Assembly (NCBI GenBank): GCA_017882785.1
Contig: JADGOV010000004.1
Coordinates: forward strand, 1,521 to 65,520
Origin: Frankiaceae bacterium
GTDB taxonomy: Bacteria; Actinomycetota; Actinomycetes; JADGOV01
Length of the DNA: 64,000 nucleotides
Reading direction: 5' to 3'
A program made the translations under genes and the position numbers. Below the pieces are notes generated by a model, which saw nothing but the letters and a program-made list of their open reading frames with translations, ran no database searches and had not been told where the DNA came from. Shown piece by piece: positions 30,174 through 40,998 of this stretch (within the stretch, counting starts at the first letter, position 1; each line of letters starts with the position of its first letter).

Positions 30174-31541
30174 CTACTTGAGAAAGTCGGGGATGTCGAG
30201 TTCGTCCGGGTCCTCATAGGCGGTCCGGCGAGCTGGCCCGGGCGGGGGCGCGGTCGGCCGGGCAGGCTCCCGACGGGGTGGTGCGGTCGGTTCGTAGCGC
30301 TGCTCAGTCCGTTCCCGACGCTCGACCGGCTCCGCCCGCTCGGACTCGGCCGCCCGGCCGGACTGCGCCGGATCCGCTCCGACCGGGGGCCGGGACGGGT
30401 CATCGAGGCGGATCTCGCGAGTTGGTTCCGTCGTCGCCGGCCGCGGCGGGTCGTCGAGGCGGATCTCGCGATGCGCGCTCGACAGGGGCTCGGGCTGACG
30501 CGGCTCGGGACGGTGGTCGCGACGGACCTCCTCCCGGCGCGGATCGGAGCGGCGCGGTTCGGGCACCCCGGGCGCGTCCCTTCGGCGCGTCGGCTGGCCC
30601 CCGTCGAAGCCAGCCGCGATGACCGTCACCCGCACCTCGTCGCCGAGCGCGTCGTCGATCACCGCGCCAAAGATGATGTTGGCCTCGGTATGCGCCGCCT
30701 CGCTGATGAGGCGTGCCGCCTCGTTGATCTCGAACAACCCGAGGTCGGAGCCACCGGAGATGTTGAGCAGGACCCCGTACGCCCCGTCGATCGAGGCCTC
30801 GAGCAGCGGGCTGGCGATGGCCATTTCCGCCGCCACCGCGGCCCGGTCCTCACCACGGGCGGAGCCGATGCCCATGAGCGCCGACCCAGCGCCAGCCATG
30901 ATCGACTTGACGTCGGCAAAGTCCAGGTTGATCAGGCCCGGGGTCGTGATGAGGTCGGTGATGCCCTGCACGCCGGAGAGCAGCACCTGATCGGCGGAGC
31001 GGAAGGCATCGATAAGGCTCACTTGCCGGTCGCTGATGGACAGCAGGCGGTCGTTGGGAATGACGATGAGCGTGTCGACCTCACTGCGCAGCTCGTCGAT
31101 CCCGCTTTCCGACTGCGTCGCCCGCCGCCGCCCCTCGAAGCTGAACGGGCGAGTCACCACGCCGATCGTCAACGCCCCAAGAGACTTGGCGATCCGGGCG
31201 ACCACGGGCGCGCCGCCGGTGCCTGTGCCGCCGCCTTCACCAGCGGTGACGAACACCATGTCGGCGCCCTTGAGCACCTCCTCGATGTCGTCGGAGTGAT
31301 CGTCAGCGGCCTTCCGGCCGACCTCGGGATTCGCCCCCGCGCCCAGACCCCTGGTCAGCTCCCTGCCGACGTCGAGCTTGACGTCGGCATCGCTCATCAG
31401 GAGTGCCTGCGCATCAGTGTTGATGGCGATGAACTCGACACCCTTGAGGCCAACTTCGATCATGCGGTTGATGGCGTTGACGCCGCCTCCACCGATGCCG
31501 ACGACCTTGATGACCGCGAGGTAGTTCTGCGGTGCTGCCAC
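30174..31541 (-). CDS. ftsZ: Cell division GTPase FtsZ.
   Basis: [26 protein letters not shown]…[13 protein letters not shown]… matches FtsZ. The start is inferred as the GTG at 31541 (VAAPQNY); the track ORF extends to a TTG at 31724. The long disordered C-terminal linker contains a duplicated REIRLDDP segment. Confidence 0.9.
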   Translation of the reverse strand: MAAPQNYLAVIKVVGIGGGGVNAINRMIEVGLKGVEFIAINTDAQALLMSDADVKLDVGRELTRGLGAGANPEVGRKAADDHSDDIEEVLKGADMVFVTAGEGGGTGTGGAPVVARIAKSLGALTIGVVTRPFSFEGRRRATQSESGIDELRSEVDTLIVIPNDRLLSISDRQVSLIDAFRSADQVLLSGVQGITDLITTPGLINLDFADVKSIMAGAGSALMGIGSARGEDRAAVAAEMAIASPLLEASIDGAYGVLLNISGGSDLGLFEINEAARLISEAAHTEANIIFGAVIDDALGDEVRVTVIAAGFDGGQPTRRRDAPGVPEPRRSDPRREEVRRDHRPEPRQPEPLSSAHREIRLDDPPRPATTEPTREIRLDDPSRPPVGADPAQSGRAAESERAEPVERRERTEQRYEPTAPPRREPARPTAPPPGPARRTAYEDPDELDIPDFLK

Positions 31542-31858
31542 GTTCTGCACGTCCTTATCGCGACGGCGGGCTGGGCGCGCGGCGTCCAGCTGACTGACGG
31601 AGGGGCTGTTGCCCGCTGATGGCGAGGGGAAGGCGCCACCGCAGCCGAACGCGTCGGCCGTGGGCTGAGCTTGAGCGTATCCGAGGCTTGCATCACCTTC
31701 AGGTTGAGGGTTACTGTGGCTCAACCTTCGGCTTAGGGCTGGACACTAGACCGGCCACCTAGGCGGGTCAAGGACGCCGCGCGAGCCGTTCGGCGACGGT
31801 GCCTCACTGGTGCGTATTTGACCCACAAGCTCCCCCTGACCCGCACCCGCCGATCTCC

Positions 31859-31923
31859 GCCGATCATGCTCGAACGCGCGTTGCACAGCGCCGCGGAGGC
31901 TCACATCGAGCATGATCGGCGCG
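31859..31923. repeat. Palindromic interspersed element, copy 1 (16-bp inverted-repeat arms GCCGATCATGCTCGAA … TCGAGCATGATCGGCG).
   Basis: gccgatcatgctcgaacgcgcgttgcacagcgccgcggaggctcacatcgagcatgatcggcgc, in the ftsQ-ftsZ intergenic region. Confidence 0.6.
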
Positions 31924-32000
31924 TTCCAGGGAGGCCGGATTCGCCCCGGGCGACTATCCGGCGACTGACGGCCATGTGCAGCAGGGGCCATCAGCCAGGA

Positions 32001-32906
32001 TCAACCCGAGACGGTCACGACGTTTGGGGCCGAGATGTCATAGACACGCCCCTTTCGCGACAACAACGCGGCAAGCACATGCGCTTTGTCGACCGATCGG
32101 TCGGCGGACCCCCACACCACCCTGCGACCGTCACGAAGATAGAGGGTGACGGCGTTGCCTGTCGCCGCGTTCAGACGTTGGAGATGTGCGCGCAGCTCGG
32201 GGTTGAGTGCCTGCAACACGCTGAGTACGGCCCGAGTGGCCGGATCCGTACGGCTGACCGTGGCCAGCCGGACAATCGGCAACTGGGCGGGGGCTGAGTT
32301 CACTGTGCCGAAAGCCACGCCGTCCCGGTCCACCAAGGAGAAGCCGCCGGGTCGCGGCACGGCCAGGAGCGGCACGCGCTCGCTGACTCGAATCCGAACG
32401 CTGTGCGGAAAGTGCCGGCGGACGTCGACCGCGGCCACCGCGGGCAACGCGGCCACCCGGCGTGCGATCGCACCCGTGTCCAGCCGCGCCAGGGGGACCC
32501 CCGAGGGCACGCGGGCCGCCTGCCGGACCTCCTGGCTGGACACTCGAGAGGTGCCGGTCACACTCACGCCGCGGGCGAGGAAGAGGTGGGAGAACAGGAG
32601 CAGGTAGCCGACACCGACCAAGGTGGCGACCACGAGCGGCAGGGCCAGGCGGAGCGGCACTCGGACGGCCCGCAGACGGACGTGCCGGAGCCAGTCGGCG
32701 GGCACCCGAACGCTGGGCACCCGAACGCTGGGCAGACGAACGCTGGGCAGACGAAAAGCGGGCAGCCCAGAGGGCCACCGCAGCCTGTGACCCCACCGAG
32801 CGGAGGGCGGCCGGCCGGCGGAGTCCGCAGCCTCGCCGGTCGAGGCCGCCTGGTCAGGGATCGGCGCCGCCTGCCCGGCCGGGTCCGGCCGACGTCTCCT
32901 CAGCAC
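32001..32906 (-). CDS. ftsQ: Cell division protein FtsQ/DivIB.
   Basis: A single TM segment is followed by POTRA and FtsQ beta domains (…VSVTGTSRVSSQEVRQAA…). The N-terminal tail contains a (L/V)PSVR pentapeptide ×4 encoded by a 15-bp tandem repeat. The start is uncertain. Confidence 0.75.
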   Translation of the reverse strand: MLRRRRPDPAGQAAPIPDQAASTGEAADSAGRPPSARWGHRLRWPSGLPAFRLPSVRLPSVRVPSVRVPADWLRHVRLRAVRVPLRLALPLVVATLVGVGYLLLFSHLFLARGVSVTGTSRVSSQEVRQAARVPSGVPLARLDTGAIARRVAALPAVAAVDVRRHFPHSVRIRVSERVPLLAVPRPGGFSLVDRDGVAFGTVNSAPAQLPIVRLATVSRTDPATRAVLSVLQALNPELRAHLQRLNAATGNAVTLYLRDGRRVVWGSADRSVDKAHVLAALLSRKGRVYDISAPNVVTVSG

Positions 32907-33066
32907 GCCGTGCTGCCCGCGGGCGGACGACGGGCGGGACGACGAGCGTGGACACGCGGGGCGCCGGGACGCCGTCTGTGACAGCAGCGCATACCTCGCA
33001 CGGTGCCAGACACCCTCCGCAGCCGGGTTCCGCCACGCCGAGCGGGCTGAACTACCAGGCCTGTTA

Positions 33067-34470
33067 TCAATCCTGCAAGCCTGTCACCGGGGCCGCCTCC
33101 AAGGCGGCGAGCACCTCTCCGCCCAACATCGTGACGTCGCCGGCGCCGATGGTGAGCACGAGATCGCCAGGCCGGGCCAGCGTGGCCACCCGTGCGGCCA
33201 CTGCCAGCCACGAGGGCTCGAAGGCGACCCGCTCCGGCGGCAGGGTCACCTCCGCGGCGACGGTGGCGCCGCTGACGCCGGGGATCGGGTCCTCCCCCGC
33301 CGAGTACACCTCCATCACCACGACCTCGTCCGCGGCAGAGAGGACCCTGCCGAAGTCGGTGGCGAAGCCGGCGGTCCGGCTGTATCGGTGGGGCTGGAAG
33401 ACGGCGATGATCCGACCGTCGCCGACGACCTGGCGCGCGGCCTGAAGCGCGGCCGCGATCTCCGTCGGATGGTGGGCATAGTCGTCTATCACCCTGACCC
33501 CGGCCGAGGTGCCCTTGAGCTCGAAGCGGCGACGAGCACCGGTGAAGCCGGCCAGACCTTCCGCCATCCCGTCGAAGGGCAAACCCAGGCCCAGCCCGGC
33601 CGCCAGGGCCGCCGCGGAGTTCAGCACGTTGTGCTGCCCCGGCACGTTCAGGGTGACCTCGCCCAACTCGGCACCGCGCCAGATCGCCCGGTAGGCGGCG
33701 GTGCCGCGGATCAGCGAGACCTCCTGCAGGCGGAGGTCGCTACCGGAGCTGAGGCCGTAGCGCCGCACGTCACGGCCACCGGCGGCGGCGTCCGCGGCCA
33801 GCCGGGCCGATCCGGGGTCGTCGGCACAGGCCACGAGGAACCCGTCCGGGGCCAGCCGGTCGACGAAGGAGCGGAACGCGGCCTCGACGGCCGGCAGGTC
33901 CGGATAGTGATCGAGGTGGTCGACCTCGACGTTGGTGACCACACCGGCGTACGGCGACAGCAACAAGAACGACCCGTCACTCTCGTCGGCCTCGGCGATG
34001 AAATGCGGCCCGCTGCCGGCGTGCGCGTTGGACCCCGGCTCGGCGAGGTCGCCACCGATGGCGAAGGACGGGTCGAGGCCGCAGTGCTGCAGGAGGACGG
34101 TGAGCATCGAGGTGGTCGTCGTCTTGCCGTGGGTGCCTGCCACCGCGACGCCTCGTGAACCGGCCATGACCGCGGCCAACGCCGCAGCTCTCGGCAGGAT
34201 CCGCAAGCCCCGTCGCCGGCTCTCTACCACCTCGGGATTGGTGTCCCGGATCGCTGTGGAGACCACCACTGTGTCCGCGCCATCGACATGGCCCGCGTCG
34301 TGGCCCACCCAGACCTGGGCACCCAACGCGGCCAGCGCCGCGAGACTGCGGGAGTCCTTGGCATCGCTGCCCGAGACCCGCACGCCGCGGGCCAGCAGGA
34401 TCCTGGCGATGCCGGACATACCCGCCCCGCCTATGCCGACGAAGTGCACCCGCCCCAACTGCACGGTCAC
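33067..34470 (-). CDS. murC: UDP-N-acetylmuramate--L-alanine ligase.
   Basis: VHFVGIGGAGMSGIA…GTHGKTTTTSM… with Mur ligase domains, located between murG and ftsQ. Confidence 0.9.
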   Translation of the reverse strand: MTVQLGRVHFVGIGGAGMSGIARILLARGVRVSGSDAKDSRSLAALAALGAQVWVGHDAGHVDGADTVVVSTAIRDTNPEVVESRRRGLRILPRAAALAAVMAGSRGVAVAGTHGKTTTTSMLTVLLQHCGLDPSFAIGGDLAEPGSNAHAGSGPHFIAEADESDGSFLLLSPYAGVVTNVEVDHLDHYPDLPAVEAAFRSFVDRLAPDGFLVACADDPGSARLAADAAAGGRDVRRYGLSSGSDLRLQEVSLIRGTAAYRAIWRGAELGEVTLNVPGQHNVLNSAAALAAGLGLGLPFDGMAEGLAGFTGARRRFELKGTSAGVRVIDDYAHHPTEIAAALQAARQVVGDGRIIAVFQPHRYSRTAGFATDFGRVLSAADEVVVMEVYSAGEDPIPGVSGATVAAEVTLPPERVAFEPSWLAVAARVATLARPGDLVLTIGAGDVTMLGGEVLAALEAAPVTGLQD

Positions 34471-34483
34471 GCTACGGGCTCAC

Positions 34484-35647
34484 TCATGCCGCAGCCCGCT
34501 CGCCGGCAGCGGCGAGGACCATCCGGGCAAGGACCACGTCGGCGTTGCGACGACCCAGCCCAGCGGCGGCCTTACTCATGGTCGCCAGTGTGACGGTGTC
34601 GGTAACCAGGGGCAGCACCACTCGGGTGATCCAGGTCCCGTCAACGCGCTCGTCGTCGACCAGGAGCGCACCCCCTGCGGTGACGATCGGCATCGCGTTG
34701 AGCCGCTGCTCACCGTTACCGATTGGCAGCGGTACGTAGACGGCGGGCAGGCCGACGGCGGCCAACTCGGCGCAGGTCATCGCGCCGGCCCGGCAGAGCG
34801 CGAGGTCGGTAGCGGCGTAGGCCAGCTCCATCCGGTCGGTATAGGGCAGCAGGACATAGCGGCCACCCTCCGCCGGCCGGCCCACCGCGCCCAGTGCTCC
34901 GGCCACGTCCGCCACCTGGGTGGGGCCAGCCAGATGCAGCACCTGCACCCCGGCCCGGGCGAGCGCCGGTGCGGCGGCCACCATCGCCGTGTTGATGCGC
35001 TGCGCGCCCTGCGAGCCGCCCGTGACCAGGAGAGTCGGTCGCGCCGGGTCCAGGCCGAAGGCGGCGGCCGCCGCGGCACGCAGGGCCGGCCGGTCCAGGG
35101 TGGCGATCGCGTTGCGCAGCGGAATGCCGATGTGTCGGGCGTGCGGGAGCGGGCAGTCGGGCGTGGCCGCGGCGACGTGGCGGGTCAGCCGAGCACCCAG
35201 CCGGTTGGCCAGGCCCGGTCGCGCGTTGGCCTCGTGCAGCACGATCGGGACGCGACGCCAGCGGGCGGCCAGGTAGCCGGGGACAGCGACGTACCCGCCG
35301 AATCCGAGCAGTACGTCCGCGCCGGTGTCGTCGAGGACCCGCGCGGCGGCCGCCACGGCACTGGCGAGGCGGCCGGGCACGGTCAGCAACTCCGTGGTCA
35401 GCCGACGGGGCAGCGGGACCGCGGGCAGCAACTCGAGGGGATAGCCCCGAGCCGGGACCAGCCGGGTCTCCAGCCCGCGCTCGGTGCCCAGCGCGGTGAT
35501 GCCGATGCCGGGAGCCAGCCGGCGCAGGGCGTCGGCGGCCGCCAGGGCCGGCTCGATGTGACCAGCCGTGCCACCACCGGCCAGGACCACGTGCACGATC
35601 AGCGCCTCCGGCCGCTCGACCGCCGGAGCCGACGCTCGCCGAGCCAC
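34484..35647 (-). CDS. murG: UDP-GlcNAc:lipid I GlcNAc transferase MurG.
   Basis: …[16 protein letters not shown]… is the GT28 N-terminus and …LVTGGSQGA… is the C-domain. The start is probably internal, near 35590. Confidence 0.85.
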   Translation of the reverse strand: MARRASAPAVERPEALIVHVVLAGGGTAGHIEPALAAADALRRLAPGIGITALGTERGLETRLVPARGYPLELLPAVPLPRRLTTELLTVPGRLASAVAAAARVLDDTGADVLLGFGGYVAVPGYLAARWRRVPIVLHEANARPGLANRLGARLTRHVAAATPDCPLPHARHIGIPLRNAIATLDRPALRAAAAAAFGLDPARPTLLVTGGSQGAQRINTAMVAAAPALARAGVQVLHLAGPTQVADVAGALGAVGRPAEGGRYVLLPYTDRMELAYAATDLALCRAGAMTCAELAAVGLPAVYVPLPIGNGEQRLNAMPIVTAGGALLVDDERVDGTWITRVVLPLVTDTVTLATMSKAAAGLGRRNADVVLARMVLAAAGERAAA

Positions 35648-36900
35648 CTCGTCTCGACTGTCCGCCGCCGCCCGGGACGCTGACTGGGCCGCCGACCGAC
35701 CCTGCGCAGACGCAGGCGGGTCAACGCCGACGGACCGCGAGCCGCCAGCGCCGCGGCGGCACCGGGCTCACAGCGAGCGAACGCGGCCAGGGCGCCGACG
35801 GCGAACATGCTGGGCACGAGCGCCGAGCCACCGTAGGACACCAACGGCAACGGGATGCCGGTGATCGGCAGCAGGCCCACCACCGCGCCCATGTTGACCA
35901 GCGCCTGAGCGAGCAGCCAGCAGGTGATCGCACCTGCGGCGAGGCGGCAGAACGGGTCACGGTTGCGCCGGGCGGTGCGGATACCGGCGAAACCGAGCAC
36001 GCCGAACAGCGTCAGCACCGCCAGCGTCCCGATGAGGCCGAGCTCCTCGCCGATGATGGCGAAGATGTAGTCGGTGTACTGGTTGGGCAGGTAGGACCAC
36101 TTCTGCCGACTGGCGCCGAGGCCGAGGCCCCACCAGCCGCCGGACGCGAGCGTCATCAACCCTTGTGAAGCCTGGTATCCGGCCCCGAGGGAGTCCGACC
36201 AGGGATCCCAGAAGTGCGCGAAGCGGCGCAGCCGGTAGGGCTCCGCCGCGATGAGTGTCGCGACGACCGCGCCGACGGCCGCGCTGAGGACGCCGAACAG
36301 TCGAGCCGGTGCACCGACGATCCACAGCAGACCGAGGGTGATCGCGAGCAGCACGAGAGTCGTTCCCATGTCGGGTTGGATCATCACCAGCCCGGCGAGC
36401 ACGGCGACCATCGGCAGCAACGGCACGAGCAGGTGCCGCCACCGTCCCAGCAGCCGATCTTTGCGGCAGAGCAGGTCGGCTCCCCACAGCGCGAGGGCCA
36501 GCTTGGCCGGCTCGCTGGGCTGGATCTGGATCAGCCCGAGATCGATCCACCGGGTGGCCCCGTAGGCCGACGATCCAATCACCGGCACCAGCGCGAGCAG
36601 CGCGAGCGACACCACCAGCAGCGGGTAGCCGAGCCAGCGGTAGATCCGCACCGGCAGGCGGATCGCGACCATCATCGCCGGCACGCCGAGCAGGACGCCG
36701 ATGCCCTGCCGGTAGAAGTAGTAGAACGACGAGCCGGTACGGGCATAGGCCGTGACGCTCGACGCGGACAACACCATGACCAGCCCGATGACGGTCAGCA
36801 GTGCCGCGCTGCCGAGAATGAGGTAGTAGGAGGTGAGTGGACGCGCCAGCACCGGCTGGCGGGCCGCCCGGACCGATGTGGCGGTCGTCGCGGCGGTCAC
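35599..36900 (-). CDS. ftsW: Peptidoglycan glycosyltransferase FtsW (SEDS family).
   Basis: 10-TM SEDS protein with …[16 protein letters not shown]… and …[11 protein letters not shown]…. Confidence 0.85.
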   Translation of the reverse strand: MTAATTATSVRAARQPVLARPLTSYYLILGSAALLTVIGLVMVLSASSVTAYARTGSSFYYFYRQGIGVLLGVPAMMVAIRLPVRIYRWLGYPLLVVSLALLALVPVIGSSAYGATRWIDLGLIQIQPSEPAKLALALWGADLLCRKDRLLGRWRHLLVPLLPMVAVLAGLVMIQPDMGTTLVLLAITLGLLWIVGAPARLFGVLSAAVGAVVATLIAAEPYRLRRFAHFWDPWSDSLGAGYQASQGLMTLASGGWWGLGLGASRQKWSYLPNQYTDYIFAIIGEELGLIGTLAVLTLFGVLGFAGIRTARRNRDPFCRLAAGAITCWLLAQALVNMGAVVGLLPITGIPLPLVSYGGSALVPSMFAVGALAAFARCEPGAAAALAARGPSALTRLRLRRVGRRPSQRPGRRRTVETRWLGERRLRRSSGRRR

Positions 36901-38540
36901 CGGCCCGCTCCCGGCAGCCGCCGGACCGCCGCCGCGAACTCGTCGCCGCGGGCCGCGTAGTCGCGGAACTGGTCCATCGACGCCGCGGCCGGAGCCAACA
37001 GCACGGTGTCCCCCGGGTCGGCCAGAACGGCCGCGGCGGCCACCGCGGCGCTCATCACCCCCGCCGCGCCCGTCCCGGTGACGGCGGCCCGGACCGCTCG
37101 ATCACCACCCGCCTGGCTGGACCGGGCGGGTGCGCCGGGCGGGGCGGGGGGGACAGTCGCGGACACCTCCCCAGTCTCGGTGACCGCGACCTCAACGACC
37201 GGCACGTTCGGGGCGTGTCGCGCCAACGCCTGCCGGATCGCGGCGCGGTCCGCGCCGAGAAGCACCGCGGCCCGCATCCGCACAGCCGTCGCGCTTACCA
37301 GCGGGGCGACGTCAGCGCCCTTGAGCAGCCCGCCGGCGATCCAGACCACCCGGTCATAGGCTGCGAGACTGGCCGCCGCGGCGTGCGGATTGGTCGCCTT
37401 CGAGTCGTCCACGAAGCTGACACCGGACACCACGGCAACCGGCGCGTTCCGGTGGCCGTCCGGGGTGAAGCCGCGCAACCCGACCCGAACGGCCGCCGGC
37501 GGCACGCCGTAGGCGCGGGCCAGAGCGGCGGCAGCCAGCGCGTTGGCCACGTTGTGTCCGCCCGCGGGTCCGACGTCGTCCACACCGGCGACGACCGTGT
37601 CGGTGTCGGTGTCGGTGCCTGCGTCGGGTTGGAAGGCCCGGTCCACCAGTTGCCCGTCGGCCACGCCGAACTGCCCGCGCCCCGGTACGCCCAGCGTGAA
37701 GGACACCCTGCGCTGCGCGTAGGCAGCCCGCAGGAGCACCGCCGTCAGCTCGTCATCGGCGTTACCCACCGCGACCGGGATCCGCGGCTGCGGGCAGTAC
37801 GCTAGGCGCGCCCGTACCGACCAGCCCCCCTCGCTCCGGTGCACCTCGCCGCCGTTGACGGGATCCCGCCAGATCCGGTGCTTGTCGCTGGCGTAGGCCT
37901 CGAACGACCCGTGCCAGTCCAGGTGGTCCTGCGCGACGTTGAGGATGGCGGCGGCCGCCGGGCGTATCGAGTGGGTCCAGTGCAGCTGGAAGCTGGACAG
38001 CTCGACGGCCAGGACGTCGTACGCTGGCTCGGCGAGCACCGCCTCGACCAGCGGCCGGCCGACGTTGCCGGCGGCGGCCGCGCGCCGGCCGGCGGCGGTG
38101 AGCATCGCGGCCAGCATCCGGACCGTCGTCGTCTTGCCGTTGGTCCCGGTCAGCGCCAGCCAGGGCGCGGCGTTCGGCGGGCGCAGCCGCCAGGCCAGCT
38201 CCACCTCGCCGTATACCGGGATCTGGCTATCGGCGGCGGCGAGGAGCAGTCGGTGGCCCGGTGGCCAGCCCGGCGAAGTGATCACCACCTCGGTGCCGGC
38301 GGGGGGCCGCCCGAGCGCGCCATCGCCGAGTGAGACGGCCGCCCCGAGAGCGCGCAACGTGGCGGCCCGTTCCTCCTGTACCGCCCCGGCCTGGGCATCG
38401 ACCACGGTCACGGCCGCACCCAGCCCCAGCAAGGCGGTGGCGGCGGCGGCGCCGGAGAGGCCAAGCCCGGTCACGAGGACCTTCCGGTCCGCCCACCCAG
38501 CCCGCCCCTCGGCTGCGCCGGCGGCACCGGTGGCGGTCAC
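36897..38540 (-). CDS. murD: UDP-N-acetylmuramoyl-L-alanine--D-glutamate ligase MurD.
   Basis: …[14 protein letters not shown]… and …[11 protein letters not shown]… are Mur ligase motifs. Its position between mraY and ftsW is the expected one. Confidence 0.85.
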   Translation of the reverse strand: MTATGAAGAAEGRAGWADRKVLVTGLGLSGAAAATALLGLGAAVTVVDAQAGAVQEERAATLRALGAAVSLGDGALGRPPAGTEVVITSPGWPPGHRLLLAAADSQIPVYGEVELAWRLRPPNAAPWLALTGTNGKTTTVRMLAAMLTAAGRRAAAAGNVGRPLVEAVLAEPAYDVLAVELSSFQLHWTHSIRPAAAAILNVAQDHLDWHGSFEAYASDKHRIWRDPVNGGEVHRSEGGWSVRARLAYCPQPRIPVAVGNADDELTAVLLRAAYAQRRVSFTLGVPGRGQFGVADGQLVDRAFQPDAGTDTDTDTVVAGVDDVGPAGGHNVANALAAAALARAYGVPPAAVRVGLRGFTPDGHRNAPVAVVSGVSFVDDSKATNPHAAAASLAAYDRVVWIAGGLLKGADVAPLVSATAVRMRAAVLLGADRAAIRQALARHAPNVPVVEVAVTETGEVSATVPPAPPGAPARSSQAGGDRAVRAAVTGTGAAGVMSAAVAAAAVLADPGDTVLLAPAAASMDQFRDYAARGDEFAAAVRRLPGAGR

Positions 38541-39601
38541 AGCAGGCTGCCACGGGCGACGAAGTCGGCGTAGAACACGCCGAGACCGAAGGCCACCGCG
38601 AGTCCCGCAATGATCCAGAACCGAATGACGATCGTGACCTCGGCCCAGCCGGAAAGCTCGAAGTGATGTTGCAGCGGCGCCATCTTGAAGACCCGCCGAC
38701 CGCTGACCTTGTAGGCCGCCACCTGGATGATCACTGAAAGCGTGATGACCACGAAGAGGCCGCCGAACAGGATGAGCAGCAACTGGGTACGGGTGCAGAT
38801 GGCCAGCCCGGCCAACGCGCCGCCGAGGCTCAGCGAGCCGGTGTCACCCATGAAGATCCGCGCCGGCGGAGCGTTCCACCACAGGAAACCGAAGCAGGCG
38901 CCCATCGCCGCCGCAGCGACGATGGCCAGGTCGAGTGGATCCCGCACCTGGTAGCAGTTGGGGTTCACCCCTGTGCAGGCGTTGCCGAACTCCCAGAAGG
39001 CGACGACGACGTAGGCCCCGAAGACCATCACGCAGGCCCCGGTGGCCAGCCCGTCCAACCCGTCGGTGAGGTTCACCCCGTTGGACGCGCCGGAAACGAT
39101 GATGTAGGCGATGAGCACGAACCCGACCGGGCTCAGGGAGATCGCCGAGTCCCGGACGAAGGAGAGATGGGTGGACCCCGGCGTCAGTCCGCTGCCGTTC
39201 GGGAACCGCAGCGCCAGGACGGCGAAGACCAGCCCGATGCCGAGCTGGCCGACCAGCTTCGCCCGGGCGGACAGGCCCAGGCTGCGCTGCTTGCGCACCT
39301 TGATGTAGTCATCAGCGAAACCGACCAGGCCCATACCGGTCATGAGGAACAGCACGAGCAGGCCGCTGGCGGTGAACTGGTAGGGCGCGAACAGGTGGGC
39401 CGCGGCGTACCCCAGCAGCGTCGCGGCCAGGATCACCGTCCCGCCCATGGTCGGTGTGCCCCGCTTGATGTGGTGGGTGGTAGGGCCGTCATCGCGGATC
39501 AGCTGACCGTAGCCGCGCTCGCGGAGCAGCCGGATTGTCGCCGGCGTGCCCAGTAACGACACGACCAGCGAGACCAGCGCGGCGACGAGGACGTGGGTCA
39601 C
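38537..39601 (-). CDS. mraY: Phospho-N-acetylmuramoyl-pentapeptide transferase MraY.
   Basis: …[13 protein letters not shown]… and …[12 protein letters not shown]… are MraY motifs; the protein is multi-TM. Confidence 0.9.
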   Translation of the reverse strand: MTHVLVAALVSLVVSLLGTPATIRLLRERGYGQLIRDDGPTTHHIKRGTPTMGGTVILAATLLGYAAAHLFAPYQFTASGLLVLFLMTGMGLVGFADDYIKVRKQRSLGLSARAKLVGQLGIGLVFAVLALRFPNGSGLTPGSTHLSFVRDSAISLSPVGFVLIAYIIVSGASNGVNLTDGLDGLATGACVMVFGAYVVVAFWEFGNACTGVNPNCYQVRDPLDLAIVAAAAMGACFGFLWWNAPPARIFMGDTGSLSLGGALAGLAICTRTQLLLILFGGLFVVITLSVIIQVAAYKVSGRRVFKMAPLQHHFELSGWAEVTIVIRFWIIAGLAVAFGLGVFYADFVARGSLL

Positions 39602-40998
39602 GACGCCCCTTCGAGCAGGGCGGCGGCGATGCGTTCCAGGCCGGCGGCCCGCGATGCCTTGACCAGGACGACGTCCCCGGGGGCCACGGCGGCCCGCAGC
39701 AACTCCGCCGCGGCGGGCACGTCGGCCACGGCGAGCGCGACTCCGCCCGCCGACTCCACGGCCTCCGCGATCGGGCGCGCGGGTTCGCCGACAGCGAGCA
39801 CGCGGTCGATCCCCAGCGCGACGGCGATCCGGCCTACCTCGGCGTGCGCGGCGGGCGCAGCCGCTCCGAGTTCGGCCATCGGGCCGAGGACGGCCCAGGA
39901 TCGGCGGGATGTGCCGGACGGTGGGCAGGCCATCGCGATCAGCGCCTCGAGTGCGGCGCGCATGGACTCCGGGTTGGCGTTGTAGGCGTCATTGACCACA
40001 CGCACCCCCTCGGGGGTATCGCTGACCTCCATCCGCCAGCGGCTGACCGCCTTCGCCGCACCGAGCGCAGCCGCCACCTCCGGCAGTCCCAGACCCAGCT
40101 CGAGGGCCACCGCGGCGGCGGCCAGCGCGTTTCCCACGTGGTGGGCACCGTGCAGGCGCAGCTGGACGGGTGCCGACCCCGCCCCGATGACCAGCCGGAA
40201 GCCCGGGCGGCCTGCGGAGTCGAGCCGGACGTCGCGCCCGGCCACGTCCACCCCGGGGCCGGTACCCACGGTGCGCACGGCGGCGGCGGTCCGGGTGGCC
40301 ATCGCGGCCACCACCGGGTCGTCGGCGTTGAGCACGGCCAGCCCGCCGGGCCCCAGCGCCTCGACGAGCTCGCCCTTGGCTCGTGCGGTGTTCTGGCGGC
40401 TGCCGAAGACGCCCACGTGCGCGGTCCCGACGTTGAGGACGATGCCGATCCGCGGCGGGGCGACGGCGCACAGCGCCGCGATGTGTCCGACGCCGCGGGC
40501 GCTGTATTCCAGCACGAGATGCCGGGTCGTCGGCTGTGCCCGGAGTACCGTCAGCGGCAGTCCGAGCTCGTTGTTCCAGCTCCCGGCGGGCGCCACCGTC
40601 GGTCCGATCCCGGCCAGCAGAACAGCCAGCATGTCCTTGGTGCTGGTCTTACCCGAGGACCCGGTCACGCCGATGACCGCCGCCGAAGGGAGCTGATCCA
40701 GCACGGCCCTGGCCAGCCGTCCGAGGGCCGATACGACCTCGGGGACCACGACGGTCGGCACGCCCAGCGGCCGATCGGCGAGCACGCCGACAGCGCCGGC
40801 GGCGACGGCCGCCGCCGCGAACTCCGCCCCGTCGACGTGCTCCCCCCGCAGGGCGACGAACAGGGCGCCCGGCTCGACAGTGCGGGAGTCGATGGCTGGC
40901 GCGGCGGTGACCCGGGCGTACGCCGGGGCGTCGTGCAGCCGGCCGCCGGTGGCCGCGGCCACCTCGGCCAACGTCAGTGGGATCACGCCTTCGACCAA
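39598..40998 (-). CDS. murF: UDP-MurNAc-tripeptide--D-Ala-D-Ala ligase MurF.
   Basis: …[16 protein letters not shown]… and …[11 protein letters not shown]… are MurF motifs. Confidence 0.9.
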   Translation of the reverse strand: MVEGVIPLTLAEVAAATGGRLHDAPAYARVTAAPAIDSRTVEPGALFVALRGEHVDGAEFAAAAVAAGAVGVLADRPLGVPTVVVPEVVSALGRLARAVLDQLPSAAVIGVTGSSGKTSTKDMLAVLLAGIGPTVAPAGSWNNELGLPLTVLRAQPTTRHLVLEYSARGVGHIAALCAVAPPRIGIVLNVGTAHVGVFGSRQNTARAKGELVEALGPGGLAVLNADDPVVAAMATRTAAAVRTVGTGPGVDVAGRDVRLDSAGRPGFRLVIGAGSAPVQLRLHGAHHVGNALAAAAVALELGLGLPEVAAALGAAKAVSRWRMEVSDTPEGVRVVNDAYNANPESMRAALEALIAMACPPSGTSRRSWAVLGPMAELGAAAPAAHAEVGRIAVALGIDRVLAVGEPARPIAEAVESAGGVALAVADVPAAAELLRAAVAPGDVVLVKASRAAGLERIAAALLEGAS

